Below, piece after piece: positions 49,770-62,723 of a stretch of 64,000 nucleotides of DNA. Source of the DNA: Lama guanicoe (Eukaryota). The stretch spans positions 5,926,270 through 5,990,269 of the forward strand of contig MU054212.1 in NCBI GenBank assembly GCA_013239625.1, read 5' to 3'. The notes under the pieces are model-generated. The model was not told where the DNA came from. It did not search any database and saw only the letters and a list, made by a program, of their open reading frames with translations. Numbering within the stretch: position 1 is the stretch's first letter; each line of letters begins with the position of its first letter. Both the position numbers and the translations under genes were made by a program.

Positions 49770-50810
49770 TGAAAAAAATATGTTTAAAATACAGTATCTT
49801 GATCTCTACCTCGTATTATATACAAAAATTAAAAACAAAATGGTAAAATTATTAGAAGGAACTAAAAGAGAGTATTTGTATGGCCTTGTGGTAATAAGGA
49901 AAGCTTTCTTAAAAAAAAGCTAAAACCTTAAGTAATGTTTTTGATACCCTCAAAAACATCATAATTTTAAACTTCTATAAATTAAAAGACTCAATGAACA
50001 AAATGAAAAAACAAACCAGGGACTATGAAAAGATATTACAACACATGTAGCAGACAACAGGTCCCTGCTGGAACATATCTAAAGCACTCCCACTGATCAA
50101 TACAAAAATCTAGTTAACCAATAAGAAACCGCTAAAGCAGTGACCGAGCAAGTCACAGGAGAGAAAATCCAAAACTACTCACAAACACAGGAAAAGTCAC
50201 TCAAGCCTACTAGTGATGAAGAACGTAAAAACTGAATCGAGATACCTTTTTTTATTTAGCATTAACAGCAGAAAGTGTCTTATCTGTAGGAACAGCAAAA
50301 ATGTATAAAGTCCATCAATATGAGAGTGGTACATTCATGCCTTGCCACTGGGGAGAGGAGCTGGCTCAGCTGCCGTGGAGTGCAGCCAGACCAGCCTGCC
50401 CGGCAATTCCATGTCTGAAATGTGAACCAGCATGAATCCCCCAGCAGTTATGCACAGGGAAGTCCATACAATGCTGTTCCTTACAGCACTGCCTTGTGAG
50501 AGTAAAATGTGCAAATTTCCATCAGCAGGGAAAAAGGTAGATGAAATGTAGTGCATTTATTCAGGACACAGCATACAATAGCCAAGAAATAAATAGGTCT
50601 GGACATAGCAACATGGACAGTCCTCAAAAAACTGCTAAGAAAGCAAGTTACAGAATGAAATGTAATTTTAAGACCATTTATATAAATTCTTAAACCCTCT
50701 GAAACATTATACTTCAGTATCATTTATCTATGTAAAAAATAAATTTAAAAATCACCAGTAAGAATACACACCAAACTCACAGTAAAGGCAACTTCAGGGT
50801 AAGGGGTAAG
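49770..50810 (+). mobile_element. Old L1ME-like fragment
   Basis: A-rich decayed L1 ORF2/3' text, e.g. ctacctcgtattatatacaaaaattaa and caacatggacagtcctcaaaa. Boundaries are approximate. Confidence 0.55.
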
Positions 50811-50983
50811 TTTTCTTTAGCTTTTCAGTCCTCCTCCCTCTCCAAAAGTCAAAGAACATGCCACATGGTATGAACATTAGGACCCTCAATAGGGATGTGT
50901 GGGTGCTGCACTCAAACCATGTGATTTTTTATCATTTTATTATAAGACAAGCAATAGTTAAGTCAAAATTAGATGACACTTAC

Positions 50984-51097
50984 GCATATAAGGCAGTTTT
51001 TCTGGGCAGGGGAGGTATGGCGAATATGTGAAGTTTTCCGGAAGATACGTTGTTGTTTGTACAAGATAATCACTTGAATTATTGCCTTCTGGATAAT
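50984..51097 (-). CDS. B4GALT6: B4GALT6 exon 3 (114 nt, phase 1-1)
   Basis: Acceptor ctctccctctaag, donor gtaagt; encodes (D)YPEGNNSSDYLVQTTTYLPENFTYSPYLPCPEKLPYM. Absent from the ORF track; read by hand. Confidence 0.96.
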
Positions 51098-54000
51098 CTT
51101 AGAGGGAGAGAGACAGAGAGAAATTACAACCAAAAAATTGCCTTTTGCTTTGCTCCTAGGAAGAAATATGTCACTGCCACTGTGAAAAGACTACAATCTG
51201 CAATCTGCAGCAGCACTTGAAAGCAATTATCTATAAAGAACTAGAGAAAAGCAAAATACAGCTGCCGTGGCTACTATCCCATTCACCCTTCACCGCTCCC
51301 AGAAGGGACCTCTCGGTGTGATTTCCCGGGGGGAACCTGGGACAAGTCTGGGGAGCGGCACAGCCTGATTCGTGCGGACACACAGAGCAGGCGCATTTGC
51401 GACCATATGAGGACACCTGCTCTCATCCCTCCTCCAGCTGAGCCAGACTGAAGGAGGGGTGAGAGTACACCCGGATGTCCTCCCCAATGTCAAACAGCCC
51501 AGGGTGTTCTGGACAGCCAGCCAGCCACAGCACACCGCTTCCAGCATCCACAGAGCGCAGGCGTGGGAGTAATGCTTTCTCACCACCCTACACTTAGGAA
51601 ACTGAGACTCACCCACTCAAATGACTTCTGCAATACAGAACCTTTAAAATCTTTAAATTAGTCATTCCCAACCTGTGGGCTGCAGTCCCTGGGAAGCCCT
51701 GGAGCTATTATTAGGTCCATTAACTTTAGCCTCAGCAAGTTTTGGAGCACAGAGGGGTCAAGAGCACTCAAATCCAGCGCTGAGTTTAAATTCTGTTCCA
51801 ACACGCACTAGCTCTGTGGTCCAGGGAGACAATGAAGTTTCACACCTGTGCCCACTTCATGTTGTCGTGTTCAGATTTCAGAAAGAAAAAATGCACAAAG
51901 TGCTTAGAATGACCCCTGGCCCATGATGTACATATTCAGGAACCTCAGCTATAAAGTGCTTTAGGAACGAGCCCCTTATCCAACCTGGAGCAATCAGAGC
52001 CCTGAGAGTTTTAAACCTGGAACCAAGGAGATCACATTTCAGTCCCTTTCTGGAACAGAGCTCTGAGATGCCAATCTGGGAACCATGAGCTGCCAGTTTC
52101 CAGCTACGTTAAGAGGAAGCTGGTCTGAGAGAATGAGACAACATGCAGCAAGAGACGAGAAATGGAAACCGCTGATTAAACGACTGTCTGTCCTCTGGAT
52201 CCCAAGCCCCAGACCCACAGGAAATGAAGTTCCAGCAGACACTTTAGGAAAACGTGAAGACACTCTTTCAGTCTTCAGAAATCCGCTCCAGTGAGAGAGA
52301 TCCCTATCTGGACTGGCCCACACGCAGAGAGATACGAGGGAGGAGAACAGGCACCTGACTTAGAAGAGAGGCCCGTCTACCAGTGACCAGCCAGCAAAAG
52401 GCTGAAGGTCAAAATAATCTCCTTACTGAACTGTAAAGGTGAAGCCCTCGCACCATAGACTCCTGGATACTGAATACGAAGTATGTGAGAAAAGTCCAAG
52501 AAAACTAAACACTTCCCCTGTACGCCCTGGGCTAACATAAATATTCATTCATCATCAAAACAGAGTTGATGCAGATGCAGCCTGGGAGCCAGACGGCATC
52601 TCAGAGCAAAGAGACATCCCCCACCTTCAGGCCCACCTGCTGGAAGGGACCCTGCAGATACGCTAAGCAGAATCCCCATTACGAACTGGGCAAGGCGTCA
52701 GTAATGTGTCAGGTCAGTGTATTACCAGAAAACCCCAACATGGGTCCCCACACAGGGACCAGTGAGGTTACAACGGCTAAGGCCTATTCCACCAGGGACT
52801 GAGAAGGCCCCAGGAAGAGACTCCTCTCCAACGCCTTTTTCCAGAGGAGCCCTGGAAGCTGTTTGATAAGGAAATCCTCCAAGACAAAGAGGAGGGGATT
52901 CGGTGGACACTAACTATTTTGTGTGTCAACACATATGGGGACATGCTAAGTCCACAGAAACCCCTCCAGGGGCCCATACGCTGCATCTCACTCATAGATA
53001 TTGGAAAGATTTAAAGATATCAAACATAAAATATGTATAAGGAAGTCCAATAAAGTTCTGATTCTATTTTTTAAATGCTTTAAAAAAAATACCTAGGTGT
53101 CTATCAAATTTCAAGTTATAGTAAAAAAAAAAAGTTCTCCTTTTATGGGAGAACTTCCCACGATGCTAGCTAAGCATGGACTCTAAATTGTGTATTTGTA
53201 GAAGCTGAAAATAGAAGATAAATAAGGCTGTCCCTGGGAGTCCACTGCCTTCCTGTGTTCCAAAGGCACATCTTCTTATAATCCTGAAGCAGATAAATAT
53301 TAACACTTAGGCAATCCTAAAGTAGTTTCTTAATATCATGAAGTTAACTTTAAATAAGGGTATTTTCTTATTATGTATAATTTATTAATTTTTGTCATTA
53401 AAGCTTGGGCTTTGTCAGTTAGGCACGTGCTATGTTTCTATAAACTCACACCTAACTCACAGAAGTTTTAAGCTCCCCAGACATTTCTCCTGTGAACAGG
53501 AGCTCCCTTTGGCGAGTCTTGTGGCAACAGGAGGGCTGGAGGATTGTTTCACTTTTATTTTAGTGCTAGAATGAGTGAGTGAATCTTTTACAAAAGAACC
53601 CGAGTGAGTGAATCTTTTACAAAAGAACCCATGGACCACTTTAATCAGTTTTTAAAGAACCAGTTAAAAAAAAACTTAAAGATAAGCCATATCACTATAT
53701 TCATGTCCTTTAAATACAAAGTTTTGGAGCTAAACATGTTATTCTTGGCCACATCATTATAAATGATCACAAGAATCTCAGCTTATTCCCAGACTGTGCC
53801 CCCTGCATACTGTGCCCAGTGGTACTTACAGCATCCCAGTGCACTGTGTACTCCCCCTGCCATTCGTCTCTGTAAATCTCTTTTAACTGAAATCAGAACG
53901 CTTTTAATTTCTAGTATCTGATAAAATACATACAACATGGTAGAAACTTACTGTAAATGAACACCTGACAACTGACAATATAGCTAACAATGATTTTAGC

Positions 54001-54733
54001 TTTTGGAGACCACGCTGTAATAAACTCACAAAATCATTATTCCTACAGAAGCAGTTAGGCCCGCGGAGCAGAAATCGGGAGCTTTACAAGGTGACGCGTG
54101 ACAGATACATCTGAGCCTGATCCACCGCAACTGCTGTGAAATGCGGACATTATCTCACCTAATGAGTGGATGAGAACACGGTGAGACCAGAGCTCCTGCC
54201 CTGGTCCTCCCTTCCAGAGCCACACACAGAGAAAAGGAGACAGAATAGAAACTGCTGGACAGCTCTCACTGGACCCTAGGAGGAGAAGACCAAAGGAGAC
54301 CTCCCCGAGGCTTTGTTCTCCTTGCAAAAGGCAGCTTAAAGTGGGTAATAGAAAGAAACTCAGTGAGAGTTCCGGTCTGTTTACCACTGGCTTGTCAGTC
54401 TGGCCATGTCTGACAGTCTCCGAACATCATCCACCGAATGAGGAAGCATGCTGGGCTATTTCTAACAAATCTACCAGTTCTAACATTGCGTGGCCCTCGT
54501 CATTTGCTTCCGTAATTATCCACTGAATACATTCTGTCTTCCTAATTTGACTGACTCCATGGGCCACAAGGCAAGGCACCATTTGATTGTGAAAGTACAT
54601 GATTTCTTTACAAAAATATTACCTGCACTTCTTTACATCTGATGCTTCAGAAAGTCAGGCACAGAGCTATAAACTCCTTTTTGAAATCAAATGTACTTAG
54701 AAATACCACAATTTGCTACTAAGTGTTAAATTT

Positions 54734-54909
54734 CATGTTTCCTGTAAACTATTTTTATTGGCAGATAACACTGCATTAGTTGAAGGTGTACAACATAAAG
54801 ATTTGATACGTGTCTATATTGTGAATGATTACCACAAGGCTAATTAATACCTGATACCTCGTGTAGTTGTAAATATTTTTTCCTGTGATGAGAATTTTTA
54901 AGATCTAAT
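54734..54909 (-). mobile_element. Short L1 3' end fragment with TSD
   Basis: aggtgtacaacata...tgtgatgagaatttttaagatcta; 15-bp TSD ctaagtgttaaattt at 54719-54733 and 54910-54924. Confidence 0.8.
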
Positions 54910-55607
54910 CTAAGTGTTAAATTTTAAATGAGTCAATACATGTTAATCAGCTACCCCCTGGAGCTCAATTAGCTCTTTGTCTACCTTATTGTCCATTATC
55001 TCCTTTTGGGCAGATTTTATCTGTACAAGCCTGTGCAGAAATAAATCACTGCATGCTCAGTAGCTATTTACATTTCCATCTCTCCCAGAAGCCTAGAGAT
55101 CTTCATGTAAAGGGAGGACGTTCTTCTTAAAGTTGTGTCTCCAACATCTAGTCAGTACAACTATGCTAACTGCTCAGTACAAACGAACGTGGCAGGGCCT
55201 CCCTGCTGCAACTCCAAGTCCGCTTTCTCCTTCTTCCTCCGTATCAGAGCAGATGAGTGTAAGCCATTCTCTCTGGGGTTAATTTCTCTTAAATACGGGA
55301 GGTGAAGGGGAAAAGCACAAGCTGTTTTTCGTGCTTTGTTTAATTTTTGTTTGCAAGAATTAACGTTAAGTATCTTTATAGAAAACCCTCGTCACCGTGG
55401 TGATCACGCCTTTATACATTCTGGAATACACAGCAGTCCTGACCCGGGCAGTGCAAGGCTGTCCCGGGACACTTAGTAGGAGAGCTTCGTCTTTAACAGG
55501 GAGGTACTTGGAGGCAAAACTAGAGCGAAGAGACGTGGTTCCTGGCTCTGTGACTACAAGGGTAAGAAGCAGACGCAAAGCAAAAACTAAACAGGAAGCG
55601 GTCTTAC

Positions 55608-55724
55608 CTGTACCATTGAGTGTGGTGTTTTTATTCGTGTACAGCCTGATCATATGTCCTATTGTTTTCACATTTTCTCTCAACATTATTCCCCGAGCTT
55701 GTACCATGAAGAGATACGTGTTGG
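55608..55724 (-). CDS. B4GALT6: B4GALT6 exon 2 (117 nt, phase 1-1)
   Basis: Acceptor ttttacag, donor gtaaga; encodes (A)NTYLFMVQARGIMLRENVKTIGHMIRLYTNKNTTLNGT. Confidence 0.97.
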
Positions 55725-58700
55725 CTGTAAAAGAAAAAAAGAGAGAGATCACGACTCCATAAGCTTTTACAAAATTTGAAAAAAAAAAAAAGAATATTCA
55801 GAATTTTGGAATTGCCCAATAAACCCAAACTGACTCAGCTAGCATGTCCAAAGGGAAAACAGAAATACAAAATGACTATTTCCTACTACCAAAAACTTAC
55901 AAAAACAAACTCCCTTTTTAAAACAATAAAAGTGAAAGAATTAAAGTAGTCATACCCATCCATCAAACAGAATGAGGCTACACGAACAAACTGAAATATC
56001 ACAATTCCTTTATCTATCCATCGTTTTCTCCTATAAAATATACTTAGAAATGTCAAAGAGGCGTTCTTTACAAGGACTCCATCACACGGTCCTAAAATCC
56101 CCTTTCTCTAATTCTGTATTAATTCCCTCAAACCAAAGACTCTACAAAGATGAGGATTCCTTACTGAATTGTAAATACGTTGTAAGTCATCGTATCTAGG
56201 ATGGATATGGATCTGGCAAGTTCCCAATGCTTTAAGGGGCATGGTGCAGGCTGACCTAGAGTTAGTATCTCTTTTGGTAATTTCTGAACTTTTACACTGC
56301 CTTTCAGTCACAAACCTACCTACCAGGATTGTAAAAGCAGACAAAATCAAACTCATTGTGGCATTTCCAACTGAGCTGGCTTATTTAATTCTCTGCAGTA
56401 AGTACTGCAACAATAATTTCTAACTTATTCCTTTAAGAGAAAGTGGTAACTTGACAAAGATTACAAAAATCCTTGCCTTTAGAGATGTCAAGCCTCCTCA
56501 GAGAGGCACAGAGGTAAAGTCGAAAGACCCTTCTTTCTGGTCCTGATTTGGCTAGCACAGGCCATAACTGCACCGCTCATCGATCCCAGCTTCCTCACCT
56601 AAAAATGGCAACATCACACTAGAGCCCCTTCAACTCTATTTTCCAAGCATAAAGCCAAAAGACCATAAATTCCATTCAGAAAAGAGGCGGAGGCTCGTTT
56701 TCACGACAAAATCAAGAAACCACAAGGTTAGTTAATGACCCTTGATTTAAGATAAGCTGTGTCCGAACACATTAATGACACTCAAAAAAAAATGAATGCC
56801 AAATGAAAAGAAAATTTAAAATGTCAACTCATTTTCTGAGCCCCACAGTCTGCTTCTTTGAGATGGCAACAGAGAAATGAGCAAAATGTAATGTCTGCCA
56901 CCTCCTTTCCCATTTTTTGAAATGTGAACTTGCTCAAAGTACAAGTGAGCAGAGAGAGTAAACAAAAGTTAACAGAGGAGCAGAATAAAAGAATACTTTC
57001 CCCCTAGCCTCCAATCCAGAAAAGAGAGAGAAACAGAAATCCAGGTTTCACATAAGCTTTACCTCAACCATTTTTAGGAGCCTACCTACATCCTCTCTAG
57101 AAAGCAGCCCTGCAAGAGGTTGAACTTACGCTTGAATGTATTACACCAGGGTTACAAACACCACAAGCTGTTACTATATTTTTGCTCTTTAGTGGACTTT
57201 AAAAGGGAAGCGAGACAAAGTGAAAAATGAAAACAAAGAGAATAGCCAACCAAAAAATGCGGGAACATCGTTCAACAAAAGCCAAAGTAACATCAGCAGC
57301 CCTGCCTAAACCAAGATCTCAAGTTCAGCTGAAATGACGCAGGCAAAAAACATCACACAGATTACTCGTGCCAAAGTGATTTACAATGTCTTGGGTCAAT
57401 TTATCCTAAACTTATACACGAGATCTGTCATCAGTGGTGTAAATATCCTATAATATTTGTTCTGCACCATACTGGGGAAAAAAAAAAACCTGTCATGGAG
57501 AGGCAGGACTGAGCCCCCAGTTAAGCCAGGACCAGTACTGTTTCCCAGACTTGGGGGAAACAGAACAGGCCTGAGCAAGGACATGCTCAGTAGGAACACA
57601 CGTGATATTACTGTACGTCCTGGAAACAGAACCTTTTAAAACTATATAGCTTTTACTTTTAATTAACACACCTACTCTTATAAAGAAAACTGTCTGAATC
57701 TTGAAATCAAGTCAAACTTACGAAACAAGGAAAATATCCAGTCTACAAAAGGATAATCAAATTGTCCTAAAAACTTTCAAAATCTCAGGTAACAAACCTT
57801 AAGAAAAAATGATTACTCAGGTACCTGTGACAAAGGTAAATCATTTACCAGAAGAATACACTTACTATTCGTTAGATGGACGGAGAAAAAGTAAAGCAAA
57901 GTCAGACACCAAGATCTCCAAATGGAAAATCTATTAGTTTATTTTAAATCATTTACAGCTAATTGAGTTACATTCCTTAGGTTAATGGTCCGCATGGGTT
58001 TAATCCCTAAAGATCAAAATCCATTAAGGAATGAAGCTGTGTTTAAATTGAGGCATTGTTAACAGGAGGAAGGCCATGTGTCAAAGTGTCTCAAGGCACA
58101 AGAAACCAGCATGGAACAGTCCCTACTATCTGATTTTAAACATCATAAAACTACCATGACCCACACTCAAGTAACTACATGGCTGCTAATTATCATTAAT
58201 ATAAAATATAATGTCTTATTGGAAAGCCAGGAGATCCCTGCCTAAAACTCCTATTCCAACTTACAAGAAACCACACTTCAGAAAACAAACAGGGAAATCT
58301 TTCCCAGTCTTGCCCTTGGGTCTCAAGATAGCCCAGAAACACACTAAAAACGACCACTGCTTAATTAAAATCATGCCATGCTCTCTAACTTAGTTCATTT
58401 GCTCTCTGCCTCTGCATTGTGAGACATAAATTTAACTTACTTATCTAGTTTGTTCTCCAGGGGGGAAAAAACTACAACTTAAGAAAAAAAAAAAAAACTT
58501 CAAAAATCAACAGTTTGCAACAGCTTCCAGGCATCCTACCCTGCGTTTATGAGGAAAGAGATCTATGAAGGTGCTCCATTGTCCTTAAGACAGCTGTAAA
58601 TGCATTTGCTGTAAATGCCCCACCCTTTCCCACAACCAGCTTCACTCACTGAAAGCGCCGTATGTATTCAAGTCAAGGAGACTGACACCTGCAGTGATCT

Positions 58701-59184
58701 GGAAAGACTTCCTGGGCTCTGAAGGACTCAGACACACACCCCTCGGATCCAAGCTCCTAACCGCTGCAGCACACCGCCAGTCTCCAGTCGTTGAACAAAA
58801 CACCAGTCAGCACTGACCCGAGAGGAGACAACGCTCGGTGGGCATTCTCACACAAAGTTGTAACGCGGTGCTGGAGCTAAGACAGATGGACTACAAATAC
58901 AATTTGGGGAGACATCCATACAAAAGGAGAAGTGGGAACTCTGGTGGTGAATTACCACAGGAGAAACTGCCTACAAAGGAGGTAAGAAGGTGAAGTACCA
59001 AAGCATGGGAAACAGACCACAGATAGAAGCCACCACGAGGCCAAGATGAATTCATCTGAGCTTGAACGTGCTAAGGATCTACTGGACAAACAAAGAGGGA
59101 CCCGTCAACCATGTCAAGTGTCATCACAGAGGCTAAGAAGAGAGACTAAAAAAAAAAAAACACCTTAAAAAAAAAAAGCTTCTA

Positions 59185-59390
59185 CTTAGCGTGTACTCCA
59201 CCAGGCATTCTTAGAAGTTCTTTACACACACTAATGTGTGTGATCCTTAAAAGCAACTCTACGAGGTAGGTCCTAACGTTCCCATTTACAGCTTAAGAAA
59301 CTGAAGCACAGAGTTAAGCAACTTGTTCAAGGTCATACAGGTATTAGCACGTGGAGGAGCCACAAGTCCCACACCAGCAGTCCAGCTCTA
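59185..59390 (-). mobile_element. MIR SINE
   Basis: cccatttacagcttaagaaactgaagcacagagttaagcaacttgttcaaggtcatacag. Confidence 0.8.
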
Positions 59391-59887
59391 CCACACCAGT
59401 TGACTGTTATAAAATGCTACCAGGAGACCACTGCCTTCACGAGAGCAGTTTCATCAAAATTACGGAAACAAAAGGAAACTAGTGAACAGTTAAGTGGATA
59501 AAGTGAAAGCAGTGAGTTTCAGCACCGTATGTGAGTGAGAGCAAGGTCCAGGGAAGTTTTCTCTGAAAAGGAGAGACCTGAGCAAGACTGTGGCCTGAGT
59601 GGAAGGAGAAAGGAAATTTAAAGTGAAGGCCAATAAAGGAAGATGGAAGACAAGGACGAGACTTCCCGATGGGCACCACAGGACGTCTGTGGGGTCAGAG
59701 AGGAGTGGGAATTGGGTACTAATTGCCAAAATCATCCCAGATACATCATGTTGCAGCACACAGGCCTCTGAAGAGAAGGGAAATGAATTAACATGCATTG
59801 AGTACCTACATTTGTTAGGCACTGAGCCAAACGCCATATATAAATACATGTAAATACACATATAATTATATTTCTTTTAATTCTTAG

Positions 59888-60355
59888 GTAGCAGGTTGAG
59901 TGGGGGCCCCCAAAAGATGTATGTACATCCTAACTCCCAGAACCTGTGAATGTTATCTTATTTGGAAAAGGAGTCTCTGCAGATGTAATTAAGCTAAGGC
60001 TCTTGCGATGAGGAGATCATCCCAGATTATCTGGGTTGGCCCTAAATCCAATGACCAGTGCTCATACAAAAGGAAGGCAGAGGGAGATTTTACACACACA
60101 CACCGGAGGAAGCAACGTGAGGACGAAAGTTGGGGTTAGAGAGATCTGGCCACCAGCCTAGGAAGCCACGGAATGCCAACAGGCACCCAGAGCTGGGGGC
60201 AAGGCAGGCTGCTCCCCCAACGCCTCCGGAGGGAGCACACGCCTGCCAACAGCTTGGCTGAGAACTTCTGGCCGCCAGACCCGCGAGATGGCACGTCTCT
60301 GGTTTAGGCTGCTCAGAGGGTGGTAATGTGTACGGCAGCTCTAGGGAGGGACCAC
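59888..60355 (+). mobile_element. MLT1 (C/D-like) LTR
   Basis: cccagaacctgtgaatgttatcttatttggaaaagg...tgcagatgtaattaag...gccctaaatccaatgac. Confidence 0.8.
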
Positions 60356-60444
60356 AGCACCCAGGGTACAGGTACACCTTCCCCATCACAAGATCAGAGC
60401 AAACTCAGAAGTCACAGAGGTAGAATTTTTAAACATCAAGATTC

Positions 60445-60742
60445 GGGGGGGAAGAGGGTGGGAAGGGATAAATTAGGAGTTCAAGGTGTGCAGATATAAA
60501 CTACTATACAGAAAACAGAGAAACAAGTTTACACTGTACAGCACAGGGTTAGACTACACTCGATACCTTGTAGCCACCTATTATGGAAAAGAACGTGCAA
60601 ACAAGTATGTGTGTGCGTAGGTATGACTGAACTAGGTATGACTGAACTATTATGCTCTCGGCCAGATATTGACACAACATTGTAAACTGACTATGCTTCA
60701 ATTAAGAAAAAGAAAGGAGAAGGGCAGAAGGGGAAAAAACAA
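60445..60742 (+). mobile_element. 5'-truncated L1 3' end
   Basis: gggataaattaggagtt...actgtacagcacaggg...acaacattgtaaactgactatgcttcaatt, A-rich tail; possible TSD aagattc at 60438-60444 and 60743-60749. Confidence 0.8.
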
Positions 60743-62559
60743 AAGATTCAAGCACTGGCTGGATGATTCTGAGGGGCAGCAATGTGGAAGAAGCAATGGT
60801 TCAAAGTCCTAGAGGAGAGGGAGCTATTAAGAAACAGAAAAATCTTCCATGCAAAAAGTTATGAAGGAAGTGACAACAGGAGGGGTAAACAGATTTCAGT
60901 TGATGCGAGGACAGGTCAGAATGGTACTTCAAAATTACAGGAAAGGAAACGGTTTTCCATATTATCTACAGAACATGTAAGGAAACAAACAATACAGAAA
61001 AAGGCAAAACACTGTGTGTATGTGTCTCCTGATAATAACTGCAGATATCTGAATCAGGTATTCTCTGAATTTCTAAGAACTCACAATAATCTCTTAAATA
61101 TGTGTTTCACATGCTTTTTAGTTTTCTTCTTCCCCCATCTGGCCCCTTGTTCAACAAGTTCCCAGAAATTACTCATCCAAGTTTGTAAAACTAAATATAG
61201 TATCTCTAATAATAATGTTGTAAACCCCAGGATGAGGCCAGACTATATACGAAATATACATAGTTCACACTTTGTCTAGGACCAAAGCGTTGCTTGAGTT
61301 AAAAAACAAAAAATAACAAACTTCTAGGCTGTGCCAGGCTGGAAAACAAAGGATTCCCTTTATGTCAGAACACTATTTAAACAGTGTATCTGACCATGGT
61401 GATAATAATTCAAACCCAGGCATGGGCTCAAGGAAATCTGCAGAGCAAATACTTATTGGCCCATAATATCGTAATATCCTCCTCCCCATCTTTCCAGTCA
61501 GTCACGGGCTGTCTAGTAAACAGAATGGAAGAATTCTGTGCTCAGAATCCCATTTTATCACACAATAAGGAACACAGCAATCACAGTACAGACCTACGTC
61601 CAACCTTAGCCAACAGCTCAACCTTCGCTCGTGGAGTCGCTGACAGTTAACAAGATATTCTTCCCAACAGGTGTTTTCACCACTTCCACTCTGCAGTTGA
61701 ACCCTTTTAACTTACCTGAGGTTACTGTCTGTGTTTGAATAGGCATTAAGGTTAAATAATTTTAAATAAAATTTGACTTTCCCAACAGTCTTACAAAAGA
61801 TGTTCAGGGTGGAGATATTCAATAAATATTTGTTGAATGACTACCAACTGCCAAGCAGGAGGACCAGAAACTAAGGGCCCCTGGGCATTCCTCTGTAAAA
61901 ACCAAACTCCTGAAGAAGCATAAACTGCCTAAAACATCGGAAGTACTTTTACAACAACCAGATTATCAGTTCAGCCTAGTTTAAACTTAGCTGATAAGTC
62001 AAAGAATAGACTCTAACATACAATAGCTTTCAGCACTGTCATTTGTGAATTCACTATTATTCGCTTAACATAAACACATAGCTTCTGCAAAGCATGACAG
62101 GAGCCTGAAGAGCTAAGAGTTGTAAACCACACTGGAAAAAAGTAAAACCAGGAGAAAATCAGGGACTCAGGCAAGGAAAAAATGCATGCAATTAGATTTT
62201 TAATCTAATCAGCAAGGAAACTGATAATGAAATTACAGACTAACAGATCAGACCATAAACACACACACCCAGGAAACACTATAAACTTGTTGAAAATGAA
62301 TGACTTCAGAATATATTTAAGGTGAATGTGAAATGAATCTCTACCCATTTAAGGAAGGTATCATAATGAGAAAAAATAAAAGTGAGACCTATTTAAACTC
62401 TATCTTTTACAATCATCCCCCAATTTCCTTGGGTTTCCACAATTAAAATACCTTTCACAAATTCAGCTTACTTATTTGGGAAAGGAAAATGACACTAAAA
62501 CAAACAGAGGAGAAGGGGACACAGCAAGGAAAACGAATATCCAAGACTGCCAAAGCTAG

Positions 62560-62723
62560 GGGCAGGGTATAGCTGAGTGGTAGAGTATGCGCTTAACATG
62601 CCCGAGGTCCCTGCGTTCAATCCCCAGTACGTCCATTAAGAGAAATTTTTTAATAAATAAAATGAATAAACTGATTACCTCCCCCCAAGAAAAGCTCTAA
62701 AAATAAAGAATTAAAAAATAAAG
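62560..62723 (+). mobile_element. tRNA-derived SINE (Vic-1-like) in B4GALT6 intron 1
   Basis: Head gggcagggtatagctgagtggtagag, gttcaatcccc, A-rich tail. 16-bp TSD agactgccaaagctag at 62544-62559 and 62724-62739. Confidence 0.9.

Noticed and set aside
55366..55752. 128-aa ORF extending B4GALT6 exon 2
   Set aside because: Only 55608-55724 matches B4GALT6; the rest is read-through past a consensus gtaaga donor.
60618..60647. 15-bp perfect tandem duplication (taggtatgactgaac x2)
   Set aside because: Ordinary slippage inside an L1 fragment.
60782..61279. Longest ORF in the track (165 aa)
   Set aside because: No recognisable homology; it is intronic, A-rich and antisense to B4GALT6, consistent with a chance ORF.
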